Assembly (NCBI GenBank): GCA_964016885.1
Contig: OZ024740.1
Span: 251,906,001-251,970,000 of the forward strand
Source: Eledone cirrhosa
Lineage: Eukaryota
Direction of reading: 5' to 3'
Length of the DNA stretch: 64,000 nt
Shown here: one piece after another, positions 25,001 to 38,362 of the stretch
Layout: every line of letters starts with the position of its first letter
Numbering within the stretch: the stretch's first letter is position 1
Notes under the pieces: model-generated
What the model was told of the DNA's origin: nothing
Seen by the model: the letters and a program-made list of their open reading frames with translations, nothing else
Databases searched by the model: none
Position numbers and translations under genes: made by a program

Positions 25001-28000
25001 ATCTCCCCTTGGACGGCTGTAAATTATCTGCCCTTAATTTTGTTTTTACAAATTATCTTCCCCTGATTATTTTTACAAATTATCTCCACCTGATTTTTTA
25101 AAAAATTATCTCCCCTTGGACGGCTGGAAATTATCTCCCCTTGGCTGGAAATTATCTCCCCTTGGACGGCTAGAAATTATCTCTCTTTGGACGGCTGGAA
25201 ATTATCTCCCCTTGATTTTTTTTACAAATTATCTCCCCCTGATTTTTTTTACAAATTATCCCCCCATGATTTTTAAAAAAAAAATTATCTCCCCTTCGCT
25301 GGCTGGAAATTATCTCCCCTTGGACGCTGGAAATTATAGCCCCTTGGAGGGCTGGAAATTATCTTCCCTTGGACGGCTGGAAATTATCTCCCCTTGATTT
25401 TTTTTACAAATTATCTCCCCCTGATTTTTTTTTACAAATTATCTCCCCCTGATTTTTTTTTTACAAATTATCTCCGCCTGATTTTTTTAAAAAAATTATC
25501 TCCCCTTGGACGGCTGGAAATTATCTCCCCTTGGACGGCTGGAAATTATCTCCCGTTGGACGGCTAGAAATTACCTCTCCTTGGACGGCTGAAAATTATC
25601 TCCCCTTGGACGGCTGCAAATTATCTCCCCTTGATTTTTTTTACAAATTATCCCCCCATGATTTTTAAAAAAAAAATTATCTCCCCTTCGCTGGCTGGAA
25701 ATTATCTCCCCTTGGACGCTGGAAATTATAGCCCCTTGGAGGGCTGGAAATTATCTTCCCTTGGACGGCTGGAAATTATCTCCCCTTGATTTTTTTTACA
25801 AATTATCTCCCTCTGATTTTTTTTTACAAATTATCTCCCACTGATTTTTTTTTACAAATTATCTCCCCCTGATTTTTTTTTTACAAATTATCTCCGCGTG
25901 ATTTTTTTAAAAAAATTATCTCCCCTTGGACGGCTGGAAATTATCTCCCCTTGGACGGCTGGAAATTATCTCGCCTTGGACGGCTAGAAATTACCTCTCC
26001 TTGGACGGCTGAAAATTATCTCCCCTTGGACGGCTGCAAATTATCTCCCCTTGATTTTTTTTACAAATTATCTCCCCCTGATTTTTTTTACAAATTATCT
26101 CCCCCTGATTTTTTTTACAAATTATCTCCCCCTGATTTTTTTTTACAAATTATCTCCCCCTGATTTTTTTTCCAAATTATCTCCCCCTGATTTTTTTTAC
26201 AAATTATCTCCCCCTGATTTTTTTTACAAATTATCTCCCCCTGATTTTTTTTACAATCTCCGCCTGATTTTTTAAAAAATTATCTTCCCTTGGCTGGCGG
26301 GAAATTATCTCCCCTTGGACGGCTGGAAATTATCTCCCCTTGGACGGCTAGAAATTATCTCTCTTTGGACGGCTGGAAATTATCTCCCCTTGATTTTTTT
26401 TACAAATTATCTCCCCCTGATTTTTTTTACAAATTATCCCCGCATGATTTTTAAAAAAAAATTATCTCCCCTTCGCTGGCTGGAAATTATCTCCCCTTGG
26501 ACGCTGGAAATTATAGCCCCTTGGAGGGCTGGAAATTATCTTCCCTTGGACGGCTGGAAATTATCTCCCCTTAATTTTTTTTACAAATTATCTCCCCCTG
26601 ATTTTTTTTTACAAATTATCTCCCCCTGATTTTTTTTTACAAATTATCTCCCCCTGATTTTTTTTTTTACAAATTATCTCCGCCTGATTTTTAAAAAAAA
26701 ATTATCTCCCCTTGGACGGCTGGAAATTATCTCCCCTTGGACGGCTGGAAATTATCTCCCCTTGGACGGCTAGAAATTACCTCTCCTTGGACGGCTGAAA
26801 ATTATCTCCCCTTGGACGGCTGCAAATTATCTCCCCTTGATTTTTTTTACAAATTATCTCCCCCTGATTTTTTTTACAAATTATCTCCCCCTGATTTTTT
26901 TTACAAATTATCTCCCCCTGATTTTTTTTTACAAATTATCTCCCCCTGATTTTTTTTTACAAATTATCTCCCCCTGATTTTTTTTACAAATTATCTCCCC
27001 CTGATTTTTTTTACAAATTATCTCCCCCTGATTTTTTTTTACAAATTATCTCCCCTTGATTTTTTTTTACAAATTATCTGCCCCTGATTTTTTTTTTACA
27101 AATTATCTCCCCCTGATTTTTTTACAAATTATCTCCCCCTGATTTTTTTTACAAATTATCTCCCGCTGATTTTTTTTACAAATTATCTCCCCTTGATTTT
27201 TTTTTACAAATTATCTCCCCTTGATTTTTTTTTACAAATTATCTCCCCCTGATTTTTTTTTTACAAATTATCTCCCCCTGATTTTTTTAAAAATTATCTT
27301 CCCTTGGCTGGCGGGAAATTATCTCCCCTTGGACGGCTGGAAATTATCTCCCCTTGGAAGGATGTAAATTATCTCCCCTTGGACGGCTGGAAATTATCTC
27401 CCCTTGCACGGCTGGAAATTATCTCCCCTTGATTTTTTTAGAAATTATCTCCCCCTGATTTTTTTTTACAAATTATCTCCCCCTGATTTTTTTTTACAAA
27501 TTATCTCCCCCTGATTTTTTTTACAAATTATCTCCCCCTGATTTTTAAAAAAAAAATTATCTCCCCTTCGCTGGCTGGAAATTATCTCCCCTTGGACGCT
27601 GGAAATTATAGCCCCTTGGAGGGCTGGAAATTATCTTCCCTTGGACGGCTGGAAATTATCTTCCCTTGGACGGCTGGAAATTATCTCCCCTTGATTTTTT
27701 TTACAAATTATCTCCCCCTGATTTTTTTTTACAAATTATCTCCCCCTGATTTTTTTTACAAATTATCTACCCCTGATTTTTTTTACAAATTATCTCCCCC
27801 TGATTTTTTTTTACAAATTATCTCCCTCTGATTTTTTTTTACAAATTATCTCCCCCTGATTTTTTTTTTACAAATTATCTCCCCCTGATTTTTTTACAAA
27901 TTATCTCCCCCTGATTTTTTTTACAATCTCCGCCTGATTTTTTAAAAAATTATCTTCCCTTGGCTGGCGGGAAATTATCTCCCCTTGGACGGCTGGAAAT

Positions 28001-31000
28001 TATCTCCCCTTGGACGGCTAGAAATTATCTCTCTTTGGACGGCTGGAAATTATCTCCCCTTGATTTTTTTTACAAATTATCTCCCCCTGATTTTTTTTAC
28101 AAATTATCCCCGCATGATTTTTAAAAAAAAAATTATCTCCCCTTCGCTGGCTGGAAATTATCTCCCCTTGGACGCTGGAAATTATAGCCCCTTGGAGGGC
28201 TGGAAATTATCTTCCCTTGGACGGCTGGAAATTATCTCCCCTTGATTTTTTTTACAAATTATCTCCCCCTGATTTTTTTTTACAAATTATCTCCCCCTGA
28301 TTTTTTTTTTACAAATTATCTCCGCCTGATTTTTTTAAAAAAATTATCTCCCCTTGGACGGCTGGAAATTATCTCCCCTTGGACGGCTGGAAATTATCTC
28401 CCGTTGGACGGCTAGAAATTACCTCTCCTTGGACGGCTGAAAATTATCTCCCCTTGGACGGCTGCAAATTATCTCCCCTTGATTTTTTTTACAAATTATC
28501 CCCCCATGATTTTTAAAAAAAAAATTATCTCCCCTTCGCTGGCTGGAAATTATCTCCCCTTGGACGCTGGAAATTATAGCCCCTTGGAGGGCTGGAAATT
28601 ATCTTCCCTTGGACGGCTGGAAATTATCTCCCCTTGATTTTTTTTACAAATTATCTCCCTCTGATTTTTCTTTACAAATTATCTCCCACTGATTTTTTTT
28701 TACAAATTATCTCCCCCTGATTTTTTTTTTACAAATTATCTCCGCGTGATTTTTTTAAAAAAATTATCTCCCCTTGGACGGCTGGAAATTATCTCCCCTT
28801 GGACGGCTGGAAATTATCTCGCCTTGGACGGCTAGAAATTACCTCTCCTTGGACGGCTGAAAATTATCTCCCCTTGGACGGCTGCAAATTATCTCCCCTT
28901 GATTTTTTTTACAAATTATCTCCCCCTGATTTTTTTTACAAATTATCTCCCCCTGATTTTTTTTACAAATTATCTCCCCCTGATTTTTTTTTACAAATTA
29001 TCTCCCCCTGATTTTTTTTCCAAATTATCTCCCCCTGATTTTTTTTACAAATTATCTCCCCCTGATTTTTTTTACAAATTATCTCCCCCTGATTTTTTTT
29101 ACAATCTCCGCCTGATTTTTTAAAAAATTATCTTCCCTTGGCTGGCGGGAAATTATCTCCCCTTGGACGGCTAGAAATTATCTCTCTTTGGACGGCTGGA
29201 AATTATCTCCCCTTGATTTTTTTTACAAATTATCTCCCCCTGATTTTTTTTACAAATTATCCCCGCATGATTTTTAAAAAAAAATTATCTCCCCTTCGCT
29301 GGCTGGAAATTATCTCCCCTTGGACGCTGGAAATTATAGCCCCTTGGAGGGCTGGAAATTATCTTCCCTTGGACGGCTGGAAATTATCTCCCCTTAATTT
29401 TTTTTACAAATTATCTCCCCCTGATTTTTTTTTACAAATTATCTCCCCCTGATTTTTTTTTACAAATTATCTCCCCCTGATTTTTTTTTTTACAAATTAT
29501 CTCCGCCTGATTTTTAAAAAAAAATTATCTCCCCTTGGACGGCTGGAAATTATCTCCCCTTGGACGGCTGGAAATTATCTCCCCTTGGACGGCTAGAAAT
29601 TACCTCTCCTTGGACGGCTGAAAATTATCTCCCCTTGGACGGCTGCAAATTATCTCCCCTTGATTTTTTTTACAAATTATCTCCCCCTGATTTTTTTTAC
29701 AAATTATCTCCCCCTGATTTTTTTTACAAATTATCTCCCCCTGATTTTTTTTTACAAATTATCTCCCCCTGATTTTTTTTTACAAATTATCTCCCCCTGA
29801 TTTTTTTTACAAATTATCTCCCCCTGATTTTTTTTACAAATTATCTCCCCCTGATTTTTTTTTACAAATTATCTCCCCTTGATTTTTTTTTACAAATTAT
29901 CTGCCCCTGATTTTTTTTTTACAAATTATCTCCCCCTGATTTTTTTACAAATTATCTCCCCCTGATTTTTTTTACAAATTATCTCCCGCTGATTTTTTTT
30001 ACAAATTATCTCCCCTTGATTTTTTTTTACAAATTATCTCCCCTTGATTTTTTTTTACAAATTATCTCCCCCTGATTTTTTTTTTACAAATTATCTCCCC
30101 CTGATTTTTTTAAAAATTATCTTCCCTTGGCTGGCGGGAAATTATCTCCCCTTGGACGGCTGGAAATTATCTCCCCTTGGAAGGATGTAAATTATCTCCC
30201 CTTGGACGGCTGGAAATTATCTCCCCTTGCACGGCTGGAAATTATCTCCCCTTGATTTTTTTTAGAAATTATCTCCCCCTGATTTTTTTTTACAAATTAT
30301 CTCCCCCTGATTTTTTTTTACAAATTATCTCCCCCTGATTTTTTTTACAAATTATCTCCCCCTGATTTTTAAAAAAAAAATTATCTCCCCTTCGCTGGCT
30401 GGAAATTATCTCCCCTTGGACGCTGGAAATTATAGCCCCTTGGAGGGCTGGAAATTATCTTCCCTTGGACGGCTGGAAATTATCTTCCCTTGGACGGCTG
30501 GAAATTATCTCCCCTTGATTTTTTTTACAAATTATCTCCCCCTGATTTTTTTTTACAAATTATCTCCCCCTGATTTTTTTTAAAAATTATCTACCCCTGA
30601 TTTTTTTTACAAATTATCTCCCCCTGATTTTTTTTTACAAATTATCTCCCTCTGATTTTTTTTTACAAATTATCTCCCCCTGATTTTTTTTTTACAAATT
30701 ATCTCCCCCTGATTTTTTTACAAATTATCTCCCCCTGATTTTTTTTACAATCTCCGCCTGATTTTTTAAAAAATTATCTTCCCTTGGCTGGCGGGAAATT
30801 ATCTCCCCTTGGACGGCTGGAAATTATCTCCCCTTGGACGGCTAGAAATTATCTCTCTTTGGACGGCTGGAAATTATCTCCCCTTGATTTTTTTTACAAA
30901 TTATCTCCCCCTGATTTTTTTTACAAATTATCCCCGCATGATTTTTAAAAAAAAAATTATCTCCCCTTCGCTGGCTGGAAATTATCTCCCCTTGGACGCT

Positions 31001-34000
31001 GGAAATTATAGCCCCTTGGAGGGCTGGAAATGATCTCCCCTTGGACGGCTGGAAATTATCTCCCCTTGCACTGCTGGAAATTATCTCCCCTTGGACGGCT
31101 GTAAATTATCTGCCCTTAATTTTGTTTTTACAAATTATCTTCCCCTGATTATTTTTACAAATTATCTCCACCTGATTTTTTAAAAAATTATCTCCCCTTG
31201 GACGGCTGGAAATTATCTCCCCTTGGCTGGAAATTATCTCCCCTTGGACGGCTAGAAATTATCTCTCTTTGGACGGCTGGAAATTATCTCCCCTTGATTT
31301 TTTTTACAAATTATCTCCCCCTGATTTTTTTTACAAATTATCCCCCCATGATTTTTAAAAAAAAAATTATCTCCCCTTCGCTGGCTGGAAATTATCTCCC
31401 CTTGGACGCTGGAAATTATAGCCCCTTGGAGGGCTGGAAATTATCTTCCCTTGGACGGCTGGAAATTATCTCCCCTTGATTTTTTTTACAAATTATCTCC
31501 CCCTGATTTTTTTTTACAAATTATCTCCCCCTGATTTTTTTTTTACAAATTATCTCCGCCTGATTTTTTTAAAAAAATTATCTCCCCTTGGACGGCTGGA
31601 AATTATCTCCCCTTGGACGGCTGGAAATTATCTCCCGTTGGACGGCTAGAAATTACCTCTCCTTGGACGGCTGAAAATTATCTCCCCTTGGACGGCTGCA
31701 AATTATCTCCCCTTGATTTTTTTTACAAATTATCCCCCCATGATTTTTAAAAAAAAAATTATCTCCCCTTCGCTGGCTGGAAATTATCTCCCCTTGGACG
31801 CTGGAAATTATAGCCCCTTGGAGGGCTGGAAATTATCTTCCCTTGGACGGCTGGAAATTATCTCCCCTTGATTTTTTTTACAAATTATCTCCCTCTGATT
31901 TTTTTTTACAAATTATCTCCCACTGATTTTTTTTTACAAATTATCTCCCCCTGATTTTTTTTTTACAAATTATCTCCGCGTGATTTTTTTAAAAAAATTA
32001 TCTCCCCTTGGACGGCTGGAAATTATCTCCCCTTGGACGGCTGGAAATTATCTCGCCTTGGACGGCTAGAAATTACCTCTCCTTGGACGGCTGAAAATTA
32101 TCTCCCCTTGGACGGCTGCAAATTATCTCCCCTTGATTTTTTTTACAAATTATCTCCCCCTGATTTTTTTTACAAATTATCTCCCCCTGATTTTTTTTAC
32201 AAATTATCTCCCCCTGATTTTTTTTTACAAATTATCTCCCCCTGATTTTTTTTCCAAATTATCTCCCCCTGATTTTTTTTACAAATTATCTCCCCCTGAT
32301 TTTTTTTACAAATTATCTCCCCCTGATTTTTTTTACAATCTCCGCCTGATTTTTTAAAAAATTATCTTCCCTTGGCTGGCGGGAAATTATCTCCCCTTGG
32401 ACGGCTGGAAATTATCTCCCCTTGGACGGCTAGAAATTATCTCTCTTTGGACGGCTGGAAATTATCTCCCCTTGATTTTTTTTACAAATTATCTCCCCCT
32501 GATTTTTTTTACAAATTATCCCCGCATGATTTTTAAAAAAAAATTATCTCCCCTTCGCTGGCTGGAAATTATCTCCCCTTGGACGCTGGAAATTATAGCC
32601 CCTTGGAGGGCTGGAAATTATCTTCCCTTGGACGGCTGGAAATTATCTCCCCTTAATTTTTTTTACAAATTATCTCCCCCTGATTTTTTTTTACAAATTA
32701 TCTCCCCCTGATTTTTTTTTACAAATTATCTCCCCCTGATTTTTTTTTTTACAAATTATCTCCGCCTGATTTTTAAAAAAAAATTATCTCCCCTTGGACG
32801 GCTGGAAATTATCTCCCCTTGGACGGCTGGAAATTATCTCCCCTTGGACGGCTAGAAATTACCTCTCCTTGGACGGCTGAAAATTATCTCCCCTTGGACG
32901 GCTGCAAATTATCTCCCCTTGATTTTTTTTACAAATTATCTCCCCCTGATTTTTTTTACAAATTATCTCCCCCTGATTTTTTTTACAAATTATCTCCCCC
33001 TGATTTTTTTTTACAAATTATCTCCCCCTGATTTTTTTTTACAAATTATCTCCCCCTGATTTTTTTTACAAATTATCTCCCCCTGATTTTTTTTACAAAT
33101 TATCTCCCCCTGATTTTTTTTTACAAATTATCTCCCCTTGATTTTTTTTTACAAATTATCTGCCCCTGATTTTTTTTTTACAAATTATCTCCCCCTGATT
33201 TTTTTACAAATTATCTCCCCCTGATTTTTTTTACAAATTATCTCCCGCTGATTTTTTTTACAAATTATCTCCCCTTGATTTTTTTTTACAAATTATCTCC
33301 CCTTGATTTTTTTTTACAAATTATCTCCCCCTGATTTTTTTTTTACAAATTATCTCCCCCTGATTTTTTTAAAAATTATCTTCCCTTGGCTGGCGGGAAA
33401 TTATCTCCCCTTGGACGGCTGGAAATTATCTCCCCTTGGAAGGATGTAAATTATCTCCCCTTGGACGGCTGGAAATTATCTCCCCTTGCACGGCTGGAAA
33501 TTATCTCCCCTTGATTTTTTTAGAAATTATCTCCCCCTGATTTTTTTTTACAAATTATCTCCCCCTGATTTTTTTTTACAAATTATCTCCCCCTGATTTT
33601 TTTTACAAATTATCTCCCCCTGATTTTTAAAAAAAAAATTATCTCCCCTTCGCTGGCTGGAAATTATCTCCCCTTGGACGCTGGAAATTATAGCCCCTTG
33701 GAGGGCTGGAAATTATCTTCCCTTGGACGGCTGGAAATTATCTTCCCTTGGACGGCTGGAAATTATCTCCCCTTGATTTTTTTTACAAATTATCTCCCCC
33801 TGATTTTTTTTTACAAATTATCTCCCCCTGATTTTTTTTACAAATTATCTACCCCTGATTTTTTTTACAAATTATCTCCCCCTGATTTTTTTTTACAAAT
33901 TATCTCCCTCTGATTTTTTTTTACAAATTATCTCCCCCTGATTTTTTTTTTACAAATTATCTCCCCCTGATTTTTTTACAAATTATCTCCCCCTGATTTT

Positions 34001-34390
34001 TTTTACAATCTCCGCCTGATTTTTTAAAAAATTATCTTCCCTTGGCTGGCGGGAAATTATCTCCCCTTGGACGGCTGGAAATTATCTCCCCTTGGACGGC
34101 TAGAAATTATCTCTCTTTGGACGGCTGGAAATTATCTCCCCTTGATTTTTTTTACAAATTATCTCCCCCTGATTTTTTTTACAAATTATCCCCGCATGAT
34201 TTTTAAAAAAAAAATTATCTCCCCTTCGCTGGCTGGAAATTATCTCCCCTTGGACGCTGGAAATTATAGCCCCTTGGAGGGCTGGAAATTATCTTCCCTT
34301 GGACGGCTGGAAATTATCTCCCCTTGATTTTTTTTACAAATTATCTCCCCCTGATTTTTTTTTACAAATTATCTCCCCCTGATTTTTTTT
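22053..34390 (+). repeat. Tandem duplication, 6082-bp unit, about 2 copies
   Basis: Ten or more pseudo-ORF pairs at exactly 6082 (22717/28799 through 27985/34067). Private variants: CCTCTGATTTTTCTTTAC (~22580/28660), GGAAATGATC (~24945/31027), GCTGTAAATTATCTGCCCTTAA (~25016/31098). Confidence 0.92.
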
Positions 34391-37300
34391 TACAAATTAT
34401 CTCCCCCTGATTTTTTTTTTTACAAATTATCTCCGCCTGATTTTTAAAAAAAAATTATCTCCCCTTGGACGGCTGGAAATTATCTCCCCTTGGACGGCTG
34501 GAAATTATCTCACCTTGGACGGCTAGAAATTACCTCTCCTTGGACGGCTGAAAATTATCTCCCCTTGGACGGCTGCAAATTATCTCCCCTTGATTTTTTT
34601 TACAAATTATCTCCCCCTGATTTTTTTTACAAATTATCTCCCCCTGATTTTTTTTACAAATTATCTCCCCCTGATTTTTTTTTACAAATTATCTCCCCCT
34701 GATTTTTTTTACAAATTATCTCCCCCTGATTTTTTTTACAAATTATCTCCCCCTGATTTTTTTTTACAAATTATCTCCCCCTGATTTTTTTTTACAAATT
34801 ATCTCCCCTTGATTTTTTTTTACAAATTATCTCCCCCTGATTTTTTTTTTACAAATTATCTCCCCCTGATTTTTTTACAAATTATCTCCCCCTGATTTTT
34901 TTTACAAATTATCTCCCCCTGATTTTTTTTACAAATTATCTCCCCTTGATTTTTTTTTACAAATTATCTCCCCCTGATTTTTTTTTTACAAATTATCTCC
35001 CCCTGATTTTTTTAAAAATTATCTTCCCTTGGCTGGCGGGAAATTATCTCCCCTTGGACGGCTGGAAATTATCTCCCCTTGGAAGGATGTAAATTATCTC
35101 CCCTTGGACGGCTGGAAATTATCTCCCCTTGCACGGCTGGAAATTATCTCCCCTTGATTTTTTTTACAAATTATCTCCCCCTGATTTTTTTTTACAAATT
35201 ATCTCCCCCTGATTTTTTTTTACAAATTATCTCCCCCTGATTTTTTTTACAAATTATCTCCCCCTGATTTAAAAAAAAAAAATTATCTCCCCTTCGCTGG
35301 CTGGAAATTATCTCCCCTTGGACGCTGGAAATTATAGCCCCTTGGAGGGCTGGAAATTATCTTCCCTTGGACGGCTGGAAATTATCTTCCCTTGGACGGC
35401 TGGAAATTATCTCCCCTTGATTTTTTTTACAAATTATCTCCCCCTGATTTTTTTTTACAAATTATCTCCCCCTGATTTTTTTTACAAATTATCTCCCCCT
35501 GATTTTTTTTACAATCTCCGCCTGATTTTTTAAAAAATTATCTTCCCTTGGCTGGCGGGAAATTATCTCCCCTTGGACGGCTGGAAATTATCTCCCCTTG
35601 GACGGCTAGAAATTATCTCTCTTTGGACGGCTGGAAATTATCTCCCCTTGATTTTTTTTACAAATTATCTCCCCCTGATTTTTTTTACAAATTATCCCCG
35701 CATGATTTTTAAAAAAAAAATTATCTCCCCTTCGCTGGCTGGAAATTATCTCCCCTTGGACGCTGGAAATTATAGCCCCTTGGAGGGCTGGAAATTATCT
35801 TCCCTTGGACGGCTGGAAATTATCTCCCCTTAATTTTTTTTACAAATTATCTCCCCCTGATTTTTTTTTACAAATTATCTCCCCCTGATTTTTTTTTACA
35901 AATTATCTCCCCCTGATTTTTTTTTTTACAAATTATCTCCGCCTGATTTTTAAAAAAAAATTATCTCCCCTTGGACGGCTGGAAATTATCTCCCCTTGGA
36001 CGGCTGGAAATTATCTCCCCTTGGACGGCTAGAAATTACCTCTCCTTGGACGGCTGAAAATTATCTCCCCTTGGACGGCTGCAAATTATCTCCCCTTGAT
36101 TTTTTTTACAAATTATCTCCCCCTGATTTTTTTTACAAATTATCTCCCCCTGATTTTTTTTACAAATTATCTCCCCCTGATTTTTTTTTACAAATTATCT
36201 CCCCCTGATTTTTTTTTACAAATTATCTCCCCCTGATTTTTTTTACAAATTATCTCCCCCTGATTTTTTTTACAAATTATCTCCCCCTGATTTTTTTTTA
36301 CAAATTATCTCCCCTTGATTTTTTTTTACAAATTATCTGCCCCTGATTTTTTTTTTACAAATTATCTCCCCCTGATTTTTTTACAAATTATCTCCCCCTG
36401 ATTTTTTTTACAAATTATCTCCCCCTGATTTTTTTTACAAATTATATCCCCTTGATTTTTTTTACAAATTATCTCCCCTTGATTTTTTTTTACAAATTAT
36501 CTCCCCCTGATTTTTTTTTTACAAATTATCTCCCCCTGATTTTTTTAAAAATTATCTTCCCTTGGCTGGCGGGAAATTATCTCCCCTTGGACGGCTGGAA
36601 ATTATCTCCCCTTGGAAGGATGTAAATTATCTCCCCTTGGACGGCTGGAAATTATCTCCCCTTGCACGGCTGGAAATTATCTCCCCTTGATTTTTTTTAC
36701 AAATTATCTCCCCCTGATTTTTTTTTACAAATTATCTCCCCCTGATTTTTTTTTACAAATTATCTCCCCCTGATTTTTTTTACAAATTATCTCCCCCTGA
36801 TTTTAAAAAAAAAAATGATCTCCCCTTCGCTGGCTGGAAATTATCTCCCCTTGGACGCTGGAAATTATAGCCCCTTGGAGGGCTGGAAATTATCTTCCCT
36901 TGGACGGCTGGAAATTATCTTCCCTTGGACGGCTGGAAATTATCTCCCCTTGATTTTTTTTACAAATTATCTCCCCCTGATTTTTTTTTACAAATTATCT
37001 CCCCCTGATTTTTTTTACAAATTATCTACCCCTGATTTTTTTACAAATTATCTCCCCCTGATTTTTTTTTACAAATTATCTCCCTCTGATTTTTTTTTAC
37101 AAATTATCTCCCCCTGATTTTTTTTTTACAAATTATCTCCCCCTGATTTTTTTACAAATTATCTCCCCCTGATTTTTTTTACAATCTCCGCCTGATTTTT
37201 TAAAAAATTATCTCCCCTTCGCTGGCTGGAAATTATCTCCCCTTGGACGCTGGAAATTATAGCCCCTTGGAGGGCTGGAAATTATCTTCCCTTGGACGGC

Positions 37301-37893
37301 TGGAAATTATCTCCCCTTGATTTTTTTTACAAATTATCTCCCCCTGATTTTTTTTTACAAATTATCTCCCCCTGATTTTTTTTTACAAATTATCTCCCCC
37401 TGATTTTTTTTTTTACAAATTATCTCCGCCTGATTTAAAAAAAAAAATTATCTCCCCTTGGACGGCTGGAAATTATCTCCCCTTGGACGGCTGGAAATTA
37501 TCTCCCCTTGGACGGCTAGAAATTACCTCTCCTTGGACGGCTGAAAATTATCTCCCCTTGGACGGCTGCAAATTATCTCCCCTTGATTTTTTTTACAAAT
37601 TATCTCCCCCTGATTTTTTTTACAAATTATCTCCCCCTGATTTTTTTTTACAAATTATCTCCCCCTGATTTTTTTTTTACAAATTATCTCCCCCTGATTT
37701 TTTTTACAAATTATCTCCCCCTGATTTTTTTTACAAATTATCTCCCCCTGATTTTTTTTTACAAATTATCTCCCCTTGATTTTTTTTTACAAATTATCTC
37801 CCCCTGATTTTTTTTTTACAAATTATCTCCCCCTGATTTTTTTACAAATTATCTCCCCCTGATTTTTTTTACAAATTATCTCCCCCTGATTTT
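31547..37893 (+). repeat. Segment of at least 6.3 kb duplicated at 57656-64000 (offset 26107-26110)
   Basis: Pseudo-ORF pairs 32033/58142 through 37483/63590. Private variants: TCTCACCTTGG (~34508/60617) and ATTATATCCCC (~36441/62549). Confidence 0.9.
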
Positions 37894-38362
37894 TTTTACA
37901 AATTATCTCCCCTTGATTTTTTTTTACAAATTATCTCCCCCTGATTTTTTTTTTACAAATTATCTCCCCCTGATTTTTTTAAAAATTATCTTCCCTTGGC
38001 TGGCGGGAAATTATCTCCCCTTGGACGGCTGGAAATTATCTCCCCTTGGAAGGATGTAAATTATCTCCCCTTGGACGGCTGGAAATTATCTCCCCTTGCA
38101 CGGCTGGAAATTATCTCCCCTTGATTTTTTTTACAAATTATCTCCCCCTGATTTTTTTTTACAAATTATCTCCCCCTGATTTTTTTTTACAAATTATCTC
38201 CCCCTGATTCTTTTTACAAATTATCTCCCCCTGATTTAAAAAAAAAAAATTATCTCCCCTTCGCTGGCTGGAAATTATCTCCCCTTGGACGCTGGAAATT
38301 ATAGCCCCTTGGAGGGCTGGAAATTATCTTCCCTTGGACGGCTGGAAATTATCTTCCCTTGG

